Positions 28,021-39,678 of a stretch of 64,000 bases of DNA are shown here, piece after piece (within the stretch, counting starts at the first letter, position 1; every line of letters begins with the position of its first letter). Both the position numbers and the translations under genes were made by a program. The DNA lies in NCBI GenBank assembly GCA_040954595.2, contig CM082593.2, forward strand, positions 186,001 to 250,000, given 5' to 3'. The notes under the pieces were generated by a model. It was not told the DNA's origin. It saw only the letters and a list, made by a program, of their open reading frames with translations, and made no database searches. Source of the DNA: Balanoglossus misakiensis (Eukaryota > Animalia > Hemichordata).

Positions 28021-29940
28021 TCACCGACATCTTGGGAAACCATCAAGTTCGTCCTTCCAAAATGAGTACATATATTCTGGCTTGACGTAATGGGTGGCAA
28101 AAACGGCGTGTTTCATCTGACATGGATGTTTCATACTGCCAGCCTGATCAAAACCTGCATTGTGTACAGGTCTGACTCCAATGTTTTGTAGGTTAATACC
28201 TGCATTCACATCCTCCATACGGAAAACTTTTGTCGTACGCGCAGACAGATACATGTCTCGAACTACGTCATACGACATGACGTAAGCAGGTCCACTTGGA
28301 TAAGGAGGAAAGGGCTTATCTGGCCATTCCTCCCGGCTTACATACCAACGTGACAAGAAATTATTTTTATCCGTGATTCTGATAGGATATGTGTTCTCGT
28401 GCACGTGACAAAATACATGCCGAGTTCTCGGAGCCGTGACCAGTGTTTCAACGAGCTTATGCAAATTAACGTAAACATCATCGTCGACTTTCATGATGTA
28501 CTTGGCTGTTGAACAGTAAAATGCCGCCCATTTGTAGAGCAGGATTGATTTTAAGGTTAGATTATTATAAGTATCAATCATGTCAACAACAACTATGTCT
28601 TGATATTTGTTGCTTTCCTCAGTAATTTTGGTCAAAGCCGGATCGTTTTTTCTTACTCCGATGAAGAAGGACGTCACAATTTTGTTCCCAGCAAGTTCTT
28701 TCAGAGTTCCGCGCGTTTTCCGAATAGCCTGTCTTGCTACGAAACCCTTAATCGTTGAAGGTGTGACCATGATTAAGAAAGGCGATTCGCCAAACGTTGA
28801 CGGATTATCATCACCTGTACATAAATGGGTGGGATTTATCAAAAAGTCCATCGAGAGATCGTTCATGATTTTTTTCTCATTTGAAAATATTACACTGCTT
28901 CTTCTCAGAAGTTCCTCATCCAGAATTCTTTCTGAACACACAAATGGCGGCATCGTTCTCAATCCAGACCAATACTTCTTCATCAAACTGGTGTCGAAAG
29001 GACGAGACACAAGAGTATCCCGGATGTCACAAAATCTTCTTCTTTTTCCATAAACATCAATGGTTGCAACGTGCGTAGCTACTACATCTAGCTCTTTCAG
29101 TAAAAGACCGATATAAACGTCTTCGTATTCCGTAAAATTTACTCTTGATAAAACGCCAACACTTTTTACAATGACATTCATCGATAGGATAAACGCTGAT
29201 TTTTGTAAGTATGGAAGATTGGCGGGAAACCGCCCTTTTTGTACTGGCTTGGTATCAACCAATACCATTCCCCCCGAAAATCCCCTTGAGGGCGTAGTTT
29301 GAAGGAAGTCTCTTACATTATTGGGCAAAACCATAGCATCGTCTTCAACTTTCAACACATATTCAGCTTGGGCACAGAAGTCTTTGATCCATCGTATGGT
29401 ACAGGCGATTTGGTCAACATCATTGTTCCAAATTTCTCGCGTGTTCACTTCAAGTATATCACCAAATTCGGCAGCCTCGATGTGAACCTTATTTTGAAGT
29501 TTGGTGTCAACTGGCCTCTTGATGACGAATATCACATCATTAGTTCGGACGAGTTCCCGTCCCCAGGTCTCGCGAATCGCAAGACGTTGCGGTACATTTT
29601 CGGCCGAAGACCAAACTAACGTCAAAACAGAAAAGGTATCCTTCGTTTTTCCACACATACCGTTTAAATTTACTACGACAAAATCGCAAGTGTTACCAGG
29701 ACCCGAGATGTCGGCCTCGATTGAAATATTTTGTATTTTCTCTAGCATTAATGATAGCGGTTTTGACGTCCTAAAACTCCCTGGTTTGAGCGTTGCCTGA
29801 CTTTGTTCTTTGGTCTTCTCTCTATGTTTCGATAAGTGTGCGTAGATGTACACCACTGTTACCATGGTGATAAAAATAAGCAACAAATGCGCCGTCTTTT
29901 TTACACTCCGACGACAGGCCTTTACACAACATAAACTCAT
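28021..29940 (-). CDS. Type II membrane GT31 beta-1,3-galactosyltransferase-like protein with two tandem catalytic domains, 639 aa
   Basis: Single uninterrupted ORF with an N-terminal TM (HLLLIFITMVTVVYIYA). Domain 1: RLAIRETWG, YVLKVEDD, EDVYIG. Domain 2: RQAIRKTRG, DTYNNLTLKS, YIMKVDDD, PPYPSGPAYVMS, EDVNAG. Probable 5'UTR intron (acceptor ~30066, donor ~30532). Confidence 0.93.
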   Translation of the reverse strand: MSLCCVKACRRSVKKTAHLLLIFITMVTVVYIYAHLSKHREKTKEQSQATLKPGSFRTSKPLSLMLEKIQNISIEADISGPGNTCDFVVVNLNGMCGKTKDTFSVLTLVWSSAENVPQRLAIRETWGRELVRTNDVIFVIKRPVDTKLQNKVHIEAAEFGDILEVNTREIWNNDVDQIACTIRWIKDFCAQAEYVLKVEDDAMVLPNNVRDFLQTTPSRGFSGGMVLVDTKPVQKGRFPANLPYLQKSAFILSMNVIVKSVGVLSRVNFTEYEDVYIGLLLKELDVVATHVATIDVYGKRRRFCDIRDTLVSRPFDTSLMKKYWSGLRTMPPFVCSERILDEELLRRSSVIFSNEKKIMNDLSMDFLINPTHLCTGDDNPSTFGESPFLIMVTPSTIKGFVARQAIRKTRGTLKELAGNKIVTSFFIGVRKNDPALTKITEESNKYQDIVVVDMIDTYNNLTLKSILLYKWAAFYCSTAKYIMKVDDDVYVNLHKLVETLVTAPRTRHVFCHVHENTYPIRITDKNNFLSRWYVSREEWPDKPFPPYPSGPAYVMSYDVVRDMYLSARTTKVFRMEDVNAGINLQNIGVRPVHNAGFDQAGSMKHPCQMKHAVFATHYVKPEYMYSFWKDELDGFPRCR

Positions 29941-31228
29941 GGCGTGAAGTCAAAATCCAGACAAAATGTTGGTCGATTGTCGAAGATGGCAAAAAAGGAA
30001 ATACATACGAGTCAGGTTATCTGGTTGACGATTGTGTTCCTATGACAACGATACATTTTGCAAACCTGAAAATGGGAAAAAAATATTAGTCAACTCCTGC
30101 ATAATCAAAACAGGTGCATGAATTTTTTAACAAAATAAATTGCTTTAATCTAATCCCTTCTTCTAACGAAAATTTTCGATGTCACTGGCCGTTTCCCTGT
30201 TGCCAGGTGACACCATCTTTGAATGACGTCATATTCTCTATATTCTCAATCTTACACCGGCGCGGTGGTTTCGCTAAACAGTGAGACATTTTAAACAGGA
30301 GAAATGCAACACTAGGTCGAAAGGCGAACCACGGCACGTAAAGGAAAGTAAGATTTGGAGAAAAATGTTCGCAAACGCACGAACAGAATCCTATTCCGCG
30401 GCCGACTGTGCATGCTGTGCGGCACGTTCGGATATGGATTCTGTATGTCGCCTGTTGGCCCATGGTTTAGCCGTCCAACCCCAGCATATAAAAACTCGAG
30501 CTAAGGTACTGCATACAGCAACTCTAACCTACCTTGAACACACTCCAATTAGGCGAGAAGCAGATAGACGTCGTGTCGCGACACAGTACAATCAAGTCAT
30601 CATCCGAAGGCCGAACTATAGGCCAGCTCTTTGGCGACCTCAACAATAACGCATGCGCGATGACAAACACAAGCGCGACAGATTTGGTTGGTACTGCCGC
30701 TGGGGGCGCCCTGCTGTATCCGTGTACACGTGACAGGGTACGCGAACAGAATAGCAATACTAGTATATTCTTCACCGGTAAGCCATTTAAAGTTTGTGGG
30801 GACTGGAGGAAATGCTACTTTTGCATTTTTCTACTACAACCTATTTATAGTAATATCAATATTAGAAAACAATAATAAAACGACCAGTGTGAATTAAGTT
30901 TGGTTAGTAACAAAATTAACACCAACAATTTATACTTATTGGTTTCAAGTTCTCCGTGAGCACATCAAAAACTGAAGGCGTCATCAAGTTTACTTCGTAA
31001 ATACAATGTAGAATAATAAATCTTTCGAGGTTAGTTCCCACAACGCTAAGGACTCTGTTTTTTTATTGAAAGCTATTGTGTTGTGAATGTCTGGGTTAAA
31101 CTGTTTGAAGCTAGAGGGTTTGAATCAGCTGAGCTTGATAAGTCTTGTTTACAGTTATTGTTTCTGTCGCGCGACTCGACTGCTTATTGACCAAGGTTCA
31201 TTTAACTGCAATAAAAGCGACTGACACC

Positions 31229-34200
31229 ATGCTTCTTCGCCTCTCTCTGATAGCAGTGATTTGCCTTGGTCTAGGTAAGCATTTTTCTGCTTTCATCAAA
31301 ACATTTTCCTCAAAAAAACTCTTCCCGGTGCACTTATAAGTTGTGTTGGTGACGTCATGTGAATCCTCGTCTTTCCTCGGAAACGTCTTTCAACCAATCC
31401 ATCGAAATAAAACGTGGTCCCAAGACTTGTAATAATTAGACAAGCATCTAAAAGTCAAAATTGTCCAGGTTTTTTTTTTCTCATACTTTTCGTTTCTTAA
31501 AAATTGCCCAATGCTAAAAAATGATCAAAGCCCGTCTCTCCAAGGACACTCAAAAGTCGGAACAACTTCGCAGTGTACTTTATTCATCTGCAAATCAAAA
31601 ATGGAATATTTCCATCATGTTAGGCACTTTTTGTGCAACATCATGCAATTTTGTGATTTCTAACTGCGTCATCGTTTCACACAATGAATGTGTCTTTTGC
31701 GGACAACGGCCAACCAAGATTATGATATCACTGGGTCAAAGGTCACTAATTGTATGGTGATCATGCCATGCCTGCTAAGTGCAATAGTATCCTGACTTCA
31801 TTGTATACAGATTGTAACAGTTGATACGACGAAGATTATTTTCAGAAATTATTATGAACATTTTATCCCTATTTTCATTTTCTTTATATACCAGCTGCAT
31901 TCTGAAGTTGAAAATATCTTCGATTGGTTCTGTTATGTCGCCAGTCAGTTGATCACGTTGACATATCGCAATATTCAAATTAGTGCGGGTCATCTGAGGT
32001 CATGGCTATGGTTATTAAACCTATATTGCTAACTGCATTTTAGGTGGCATCAATCCCGTAGTCACTTCAAGGTTTCCAGGCTCCTTCCAAGGCTAACGAA
32101 CTTTTGCGACTCTGTGACCTCATCATGACCTCCAATCACCACAACCTCCTTCGACACTGGAACTTTATAAACTTTTCTATACTGCTTGGTGTTCGACGTT
32201 TTGCATTGAGATCTATATACTGGTATTTCCCGTGTCCATAACATTGCCCATGTGATACGAAGTAGTATTGGCACGAACTTTGAACTCCTGTCAGGAAAAC
32301 TGAACATAGCCGACCCCTATGTTTTAACACAATACTATCACCGATCTGGTAACCCTATATGCCTAAGCGCACTTACAATAGAATATCTATGACCTAAGTG
32401 GCTGATCACTGTAATAAATCAGGGGAAAATATGGAAGATTAAAATGGCTATCGACACGTCCTTCTTCCAATCTTATCACATGACCTGGTTGGTACATATT
32501 TAGATAAACCTCAACTTATCGATATCACATAATTTATTCATAAACATTTGCGATAATTACCGGACGCTTCACTGCGCATGCCTGTATCTGTATCGTAGGA
32601 ACTGGTTCTGAATTTATTGCCTAAGCCTTAGTGCAATCTTGCCTCTTTAGAAACAAAATTGTTAAACGTTTTACCAGTCACTTAGAAAACACACAGACAA
32701 ATCAAACTACAAAATTGACCTCAAATTAAGACTTCACATTCATTTATAATGCTGTACCACTCCGCTGAATCATATTTACGCTTGGAAATTCGAAAGCATT
32801 TGAAAATTGTTTTACAAAACCTAGAAATACGGTCTTGCCACTGAGCAAAACTGTCACTCAAGTTTCCAAAACCTGCAATCAAATATCTTGTGTTATAATC
32901 ATTTTGTAGCCGACTGGAAGTGTTTAGGGTCATTTATTTTCTTCTGACCCCAGACATCTCGCCTTTCATTGGACGAAACTATATTTACTGAGGAGTGTGA
33001 CAAGCCATGAACAAGGTCCAAGGACTTGCTGTTTATTTCACCTTAAAAATCAACCAGAACAGAATTTTCCATCATAGGAGGACCGCGAGGTAACGGTCAA
33101 ACGCCGTTCGTACTTGCAAAGACTTCCTGTGTCGCATGGTTTTGCTCTATGTCAAAGCACTTTGTAGTATTTTAATATCTGAGACTTTTTCAAAGGGAAG
33201 TGGCCGTCTGGTATGTAAATTTCATATCTTGCAAATGGTAAGTCTTCTCTAAATCAACTGCTTTAAAGACTACCATGCTACTTTGTTTCATACAACTCGG
33301 TACGTTTTATCCCATAGTTGTTCACCTTAACACCTGTCCAGCTTTCAATTCGAACAGTACTTCCGTCACTGTGGTATAGTCAGGCTTTCAGACATCTGGG
33401 CAAGTCTTCTTCGGGTGCATGTGATTGGTACACGACATACCTGCATCAAAGCGGGTCGCCATATTTGCATTAGATATTTGCCTGAATGCAACGCCATGCA
33501 GCTGATACAAGCAACTATCTAGGATGTCCCGTCATCAAGGACACATCTCACAGTCTATGGGCACATTCCTTTTATCATCCAGATACATTTTAACTCCAAC
33601 AATTTCACTTGTTAACATCCATTCGTTGTCTTGTTTTCATTTTAGAGGAATTGTTGTAAGATTTGTTATCATTTCTTCCACATAGTACATTTTTAGCAAA
33701 GTGTATTCTATTTTTGTTCAAATGAAGGAAAATAACAGGAAATAGAAATGAAACAATGCCAATTTAAAGGAAATACAAACTGAATTCATTACGAAAGCTC
33801 TCTAAATCTAACACGGGATCTTTTCTGTACAGCAACTGCTGGACCGGCAGTTCCTTCTGAAAAATGGTCGGAGGAGCCACACGCTGGATGGATGATTCCC
33901 GCCAAAACATCGGTGAAAGAACAAGGTGTTGCCTGTGATACATGTCTGCAGGTTGTTCAGCTGGTCTACGATCATGTGGCGGATAATCGAACCGAGGTAA
34001 GCTATGATAAAAGTCAAGGTTTCAAACGCTATGTCTTGTCGGTATACTGTCCAGCTTTGTAAATGATTCAGCGCTAGATTAAAGGATTATCTTTCTGCAA
34101 TCTTTCCTGGGCTATACTTTTACTTCTGTTTTTTTTTTCTTTAACCTCAGGCGTTTGTTCGTCACGTTTTTGAATCTGTGTGCAACATTCTTCCTGGTGA

Positions 34201-37200
34201 GAACCGCACTGAAAGATGCAAACGCTTTCTTGATAAGAACATTGACGAGTTCTTCAGAATCCTCGAGGAATCCTTGGTAAGTTTGTCGAAGATCGTTACA
34301 CAAAATACACGCACAAACTTTCGGATTGGCCGGATAGAGTTCATTATGCGTCATCACAATGCTACCAAAAATGGCACTTCCTCTGTCTCTTTTTGTTACA
34401 GGATCCCGAGACGTTTTGTTTCACCATTGGACTCTGCCGCGACAAATTTTCACGTGTCAGAGACGAGATTGCGAAACTCGACAACGATATCTCCAAACCG
34501 GGGTCGCGACACGAAAAGGGCGCCATCACCGACTTGAAGACGCTGCAGGAAATCTTGACTACCATGGAAATCGTCCACCAATTCGATGATGAACCAAGTA
34601 AGCAATTAAATCTGGTGGACTCAGTCATAAGTGTATTTCATTCAATGGTATCTTCAATGTGGCCGATGATTGCAATCGATGATATCAATGTTGTGCGGCC
34701 CGGTCAGCACCCTTGCACCTAAGATGTACTTGTTTTAGCTTGTCCTTTTTTTCTCGAGTTAGACTTCTCCTATGTTGATGTATTTTTAACATGGTAGTCT
34801 TTTTCACCAGCACTGAATTGCATGTTATGTGACACTGTGGTTGATGCCGCCGTACAGACTAAATCTGTCACCAAGTCTGACTACATGGCATACGAGACCT
34901 CTTTGGATTTCTGTGATTTGATGAAAGGAGATCTCCGAAGTAGATGTTCTGATTTCGTCTACATGTATCTCGACTTCATCCTTGACGCTCTGGACGAAGA
35001 CAAAAAGGTGATTCAGATCAACATATCATTCATTTCTCTCCTTTATGGTGGAACACGAAAACTTTCAACGTATATATCGAAATGAACTTACAAAAACTCA
35101 CCAAAAGTTTTATCCTTTTTTTTCTAGAACCGTCATGACATTTGTCCAAGTCTTGGAGCATGTTACTTGCCAGAGACAATGTACGACGACGACATGTACC
35201 AATATGGCGGCGAAACTGTTGCCAAGAGAAGCGTGGATGATGACGTCACTTTTGAGAAATATTTGGCCAAACCAAAGAAACTCTTCCACGGTGTGATTGA
35301 GGATGTGGATCTTGAGGTAAACACGTCACATTTCAGTGAAATGTGGTTTGTGCTGGTTTTACGCTTCTTTGATAGAAGTCATGGAAGTGCTCAAGTTCGC
35401 TTTTTATCCGGACAGCTTTGATTTCCACGCAGTACTGCATTTTCTATTCCATTTTCGTTGAAAAGCAACAATCTCAATAAATGAGTTAATCAAACACTTG
35501 AATTCAGACTATATTTCTCCAAGGCTGCAAGTATAGCGTCATCTAAAATGATTTCATTTTCATACAACAGACCGAGTCATCCTGTGTAGTTTGTGACTGG
35601 TTAGTGAACGAAGTAGACAAGTGGATAACTGAGAAGAAGACGGAAGATGAGATCAAGGAAAAACTCCAACTGGCTTGCAATTACGCTCCGAAGGGAATTT
35701 ACAGAGATGAGGTAATGCATCCACTGCGATAATCAGTGTATCACACATCAAAGGCATTACATCAAACGGACAGATATAAACAGAGGATTGTTCTGGGTGT
35801 TCGCAGGGTTCGTTTTGCTGCAAAATGGATTTTAAACTATTTCGGCAAAATGTACTCTTGCAAATAACTAGGGCCTGAACAACGCGACAGGAATTTCCAC
35901 GCACGGGACCAGGAGTGTGAATTACCCGATGTATTTTGGCGTATTCAGAGGATACCTGGATAACATTGACAACTTTTGTGTATCATAACTACGACTCTGG
36001 TCAAAATCAAAGCACATGTTGTAGAGAGGTGAATAGTACGATTTAAAAAATCGACTAATCGAAGAGTTGTTAAAATAGTTGTTTTTCATTTTTTCATTAA
36101 GTGCCAATCATTGATTGACCAATATACCGAGGAAGTGATTGACATGCTGGTGAAGGAAGGTCTACAGCCCAACGATGTTTGTCAGAAGATCGGTTTCTGT
36201 GAGACGGCCATGTACAGAAGTAAGCGATTCTGCATCTGCATCGTTCGTATACTTTACACAAATATTTACCAGATATAGAGTACATATGTTCTAGAACTAC
36301 AGAACACCATAAATTGAGTAAAAAAAAACGAAATGATGTCAAAAGTTAGCAAAGAAACTTCTCATTTCCTGAGATTATCATAACTCTAACAATTTTCATC
36401 AGAATGTCTCATTTTCAATTATTAGTTGTCGAAACTATGACCAAAGAAGATTCCGCCTCAAAGGAAATGTATGACGATGAAAGGAAAGTAAGTAGTGGAA
36501 TTATTGCATCGTTAAAATACCGATACATTTTAAATAAACATAACACATTTATAAAGTATGAATGACAATGGATGAAAATCAATTACATCAGTGAAAACCA
36601 TGTTTTTTTCTGCGAATAGAATCCAGAATTCTGTGATTTCTGCAAAGCTATGGTGAAAGAATTGGACGAACTGTTGGAAGCAAACAAGGTAGGTCAAGAC
36701 TTGCTTGGTACAGATTTCTACAGTTCAAAGGCGTCATGTTTAAATCCCTTATATATTCGGAAATATTGTTAATGTACTTATATTGGCAAGGAGAAACTTC
36801 ACTAAAACCTGAGCAAAATGCAAAGAATTTTGCAACTTTTCGAAGCGTTTTACGTGATATTAAAATAATTGATTTACAGGACAAGATTAAGAGCTTCCTC
36901 GATGGTCTGTGTAATCGTTTGCCAGAACCATATGCAAACCAGGTTAGTCAGAGTTTTATACTTGAATATTGGTGTGGTGTTGACAGTCAGTGATGATGAT
37001 GGAAAGGACAGCACTATGGCAACTGGTTGCTAGAGATGGGGAGGATGGGTGATGATGATGACGACGGCGGTTGTCGTGGTGACCATCTTGTGTAGGCCAT
37101 TTCAAAACAGCACGTAATTATTTCCCTGTTTTATTTTCAGTGCCAAACTGAAGTTGACCAGAACTTTGATGGAATAATTGAATTGCTTGAGATGACCATA

Positions 37201-37281
37201 CTGAGTCCTGACACGATGTGCGCTACAATCGGAGTATGCGACGCCAACCAAGACACAAGAAGACCAAAAAATAAAGTCTGA
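31229..37281 (+). CDS. Prosaposin-like precursor with four saposin-B domains, ~503 aa
   Basis: Exons 31229-31274, 33833-33996, 34151-34276, 34402-34597, 34811-35007, 35128-35316, 35571-35711, 36102-36219, 36426-36487, 36620-36688, 36880-36942, 37141-37281 (1512 nt). Signal peptide plus four 6-Cys SapB units: CDTC..FCFTIGLC, CMLC..ICPSLGAC, CVVC..VCQKIGFC, CDFC..MCATIGVC. Confidence 0.9.
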
Positions 37282-37734
37282 TGACCCAAGTGTGCAAGAA
37301 CACAAACTTTGACTAGACGGATACGACATCAACATTATGATATCTTTCGAATACACATTGCAGTGCAATCGCTTTTGTGGAAAATAAATGTAGGCCTATA
37401 CCATTAATTTGCAAATAAAATGTCTTCAAGCATAATTCTTGCAAATGAGCGGTGCAACTTTCCTTTCACCTTTCCGACCAAATAAAAGACATCACTTGCA
37501 TGACCCTCCCCAATGCAATGCACACCAGTACTCTCCGTTACCTTGGTTACTGGTAACTGTCTCAATCCGCCCTTCCATCTATTGGTCCACCCCCTCCTCC
37601 ACACACAGGAAATACACCATTAGCCTGAAAAGGTGTACGCGCCATAGCGCAAGCTTGGAACACACAAGCGACTGTGCTCCCAAAGCAAGGTTTCGTGTTT
37701 TTAAACAATATAAACTGTTGAGGCGGACCCTACA

Positions 37735-37777
37735 CACTTCCGGGTGAACTACTTTTAGAACTAAAGTAAAATGGCCG
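37735..37777 (+). promoter_or_regulatory. Housekeeping-type promoter motifs (ETS-like CACTTCCGG, YY1-like AAAATGGC) upstream of the SLC35D gene
   Basis: Both motifs are directly visible ~290-330 bp upstream of ATG 38066. Function is inferred. Confidence 0.4.
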
Positions 37778-38065
37778 TATTATCGGCTTATTGTCTTACC
37801 GTGCCGGCTGAATGCCAGATGATGTCGTGTCACGCTGTGTCCTGTTTCATGTACATATCAATGTAGCTGTAGTTGTACACGTGTAGATTACTCGACTGCA
37901 ACACACGAACCCCGTACACACTCTATCATATCGTCAGCCTTTCAGACACACGGTGGACGTACAGGTCTGTCGAATTTCGCTGGGCAACCATATTGTACTC
38001 ACTAGTACTTCCTTGGCATTGGGAACTCAACCTTCTATGCAAACTTTCCTTCGCTGGGCTTCAAC

Positions 38066-39460
38066 ATGAGTGTCAGTGCGGCCGTATTCTATGGTGTGTG
38101 TTCGGGCTCCATGGCCTTCATAAACAAAATTGTAATGACTACGTACAACTTCCAACACGCGGACTTCATAATGTTGTGTCAAATGCTATTTACAGCAAGC
38201 CTTCTGGAAAGCCTTCGCCGATGTGGAACCATCAACATACCAGCGTATTCTCTCGAACTGGGAAAAACTTTGTTTCTTCCGTCCATCTTCTACGCTCTCC
38301 ATTCAGTGTCTGCCCTGACGGCTCTTGGTTCAATGAATATTCCAATGTACAACGTCATCAAACGATGTGTACCAGTTGTGAACTTGTTCATCGCACCTTG
38401 TATTCTTAAAAAAGGTGCTCCATCGATTGCTATCGTCTCTTCTGTGTCCCTGATGACTTTTGGTTGCGTGATTGCAGGTACTAACATTCATGTTTCGTCA
38501 TATTTGTCGTAGTTTCACAGATTTTCGCCTTTCATATGTTTTGTGTTATTACAGTTTTTATCATATGCAGCGTATAAATATATCAAACGTTTTCTTGTCT
38601 GCAAACGACACAGAATTTATTCCTTTTGCTTTTATTTCAAATTTTGGTTGAATTCTGAACATCAGACTGAGATGGCAACAGCTGCATTGAGTAAGCTGGT
38701 TCAGAAAAATTAATCCACAGCTGAACAGATTTAAAATCTGTCACTCAATCTTATGCCTTTTATATTTTTCAAAAAACCTATGAACTATTTTTGTCAAAAG
38801 TCCAATTGTACTTTCATTCTTTTCAATTTTAAAACCCATATCTCTAAATCTTCTAGTGACCTATGTTGTTCATATTATTCATTCATTGTTCTCAGCTCAT
38901 TACAACCAAATCAAGTGCTATGATGTCAACTTTTTTTTTTGGCAGGAATGGGAGATGTCCAATTCAGCATGTCAGCGTATATCTATGGTGGAATCAGCAT
39001 TTTCTCACAAGCTTTGTATCTGCTGTTTATTCAGAAGACGGGAATGGAAAAAGAAATCTCGGCAGTTGGCATTCTTTTTGTGAACAGCATCAACTGTATC
39101 CCACTACTTGCCATTTATAATCTGGGCACATTAGAATTCTTTGAAGCACTCTCTTTCCCAGATATCCTGAATCCACTTTTCCTGGTGGCATTCCTGCTGG
39201 TGATTGTGATGGGATGTGTCCTCAACTATTCCATGTTCTTATGCACAACAATGAATTCTGCTTTGACAACAAGTCTTGTTGGGGTCATCAAAGCTCTGGC
39301 CACAACTGCCATCGGGATGTTTACTTTTGGAGGAGTAGAGCCAACTTTTATGATCATTGCAGGAATCAGCATGAACACAATTGGGGGGATTTGGTATTCA
39401 TGGATTAAACACAAGGAAAAGATAGCAAAAACCAACTTAAAACCTGTGATTAACGCATAA
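38066..39460 (+). CDS. SLC35D-family nucleotide-sugar transporter (SLC35D3-like two-exon structure), ~308 aa
   Basis: Exons 38066-38477 and 38946-39460 (927 nt). Multi-TM DMT-type protein with AVFYGVCSGSMAFINK, MNIPMYNVIKR, GCVIAGMGD and LNYSMFLCTTMNSALTTSLVGVIK. The true start could lie in an upstream exon (possible acceptor at 38005). Confidence 0.9.
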
Positions 39461-39639
39461 AAATATCTTGATACAAAACCAAAACCTTTACTTCTCAACA
39501 CTAACCTGACATTTGAAAAGACTGCCCTCACTGTCAACTGTCACAACTTCATTTGTTCACCAGGCTACTCAAATAAAATTCTCTGTTTACCATCTGTGGA
39601 CAGGTAGGTTTTGAGAAAAAAAGAAGTTATGCTTTTTAC

Positions 39640-39678
39640 TTTTTTTTTTTTTTTTTTTTTTGGGGGGGGGGGGGGGGG
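39640..39678. repeat. Poly(T) followed by poly(G) homopolymer tract
   Basis: About 22 T then about 17 G, in the probable 3' region of the SLC35D gene. Confidence 0.9.

Noticed and set aside
28607-29800. Several plus-strand ORFs of 65-148 aa
   Set aside because: They are antisense shadows of the 639-aa GT31 ORF with no independent motifs.
30182-30897. Cluster of overlapping 70-120 aa ORFs
   Set aside because: Expected in a GC-richer promoter interval; no coherent protein signal.
37873-38409. 178-aa plus-strand ORF
   Set aside because: It is an alternative frame overlapping SLC35D exon 1, starts at TTG and has no recognisable features.
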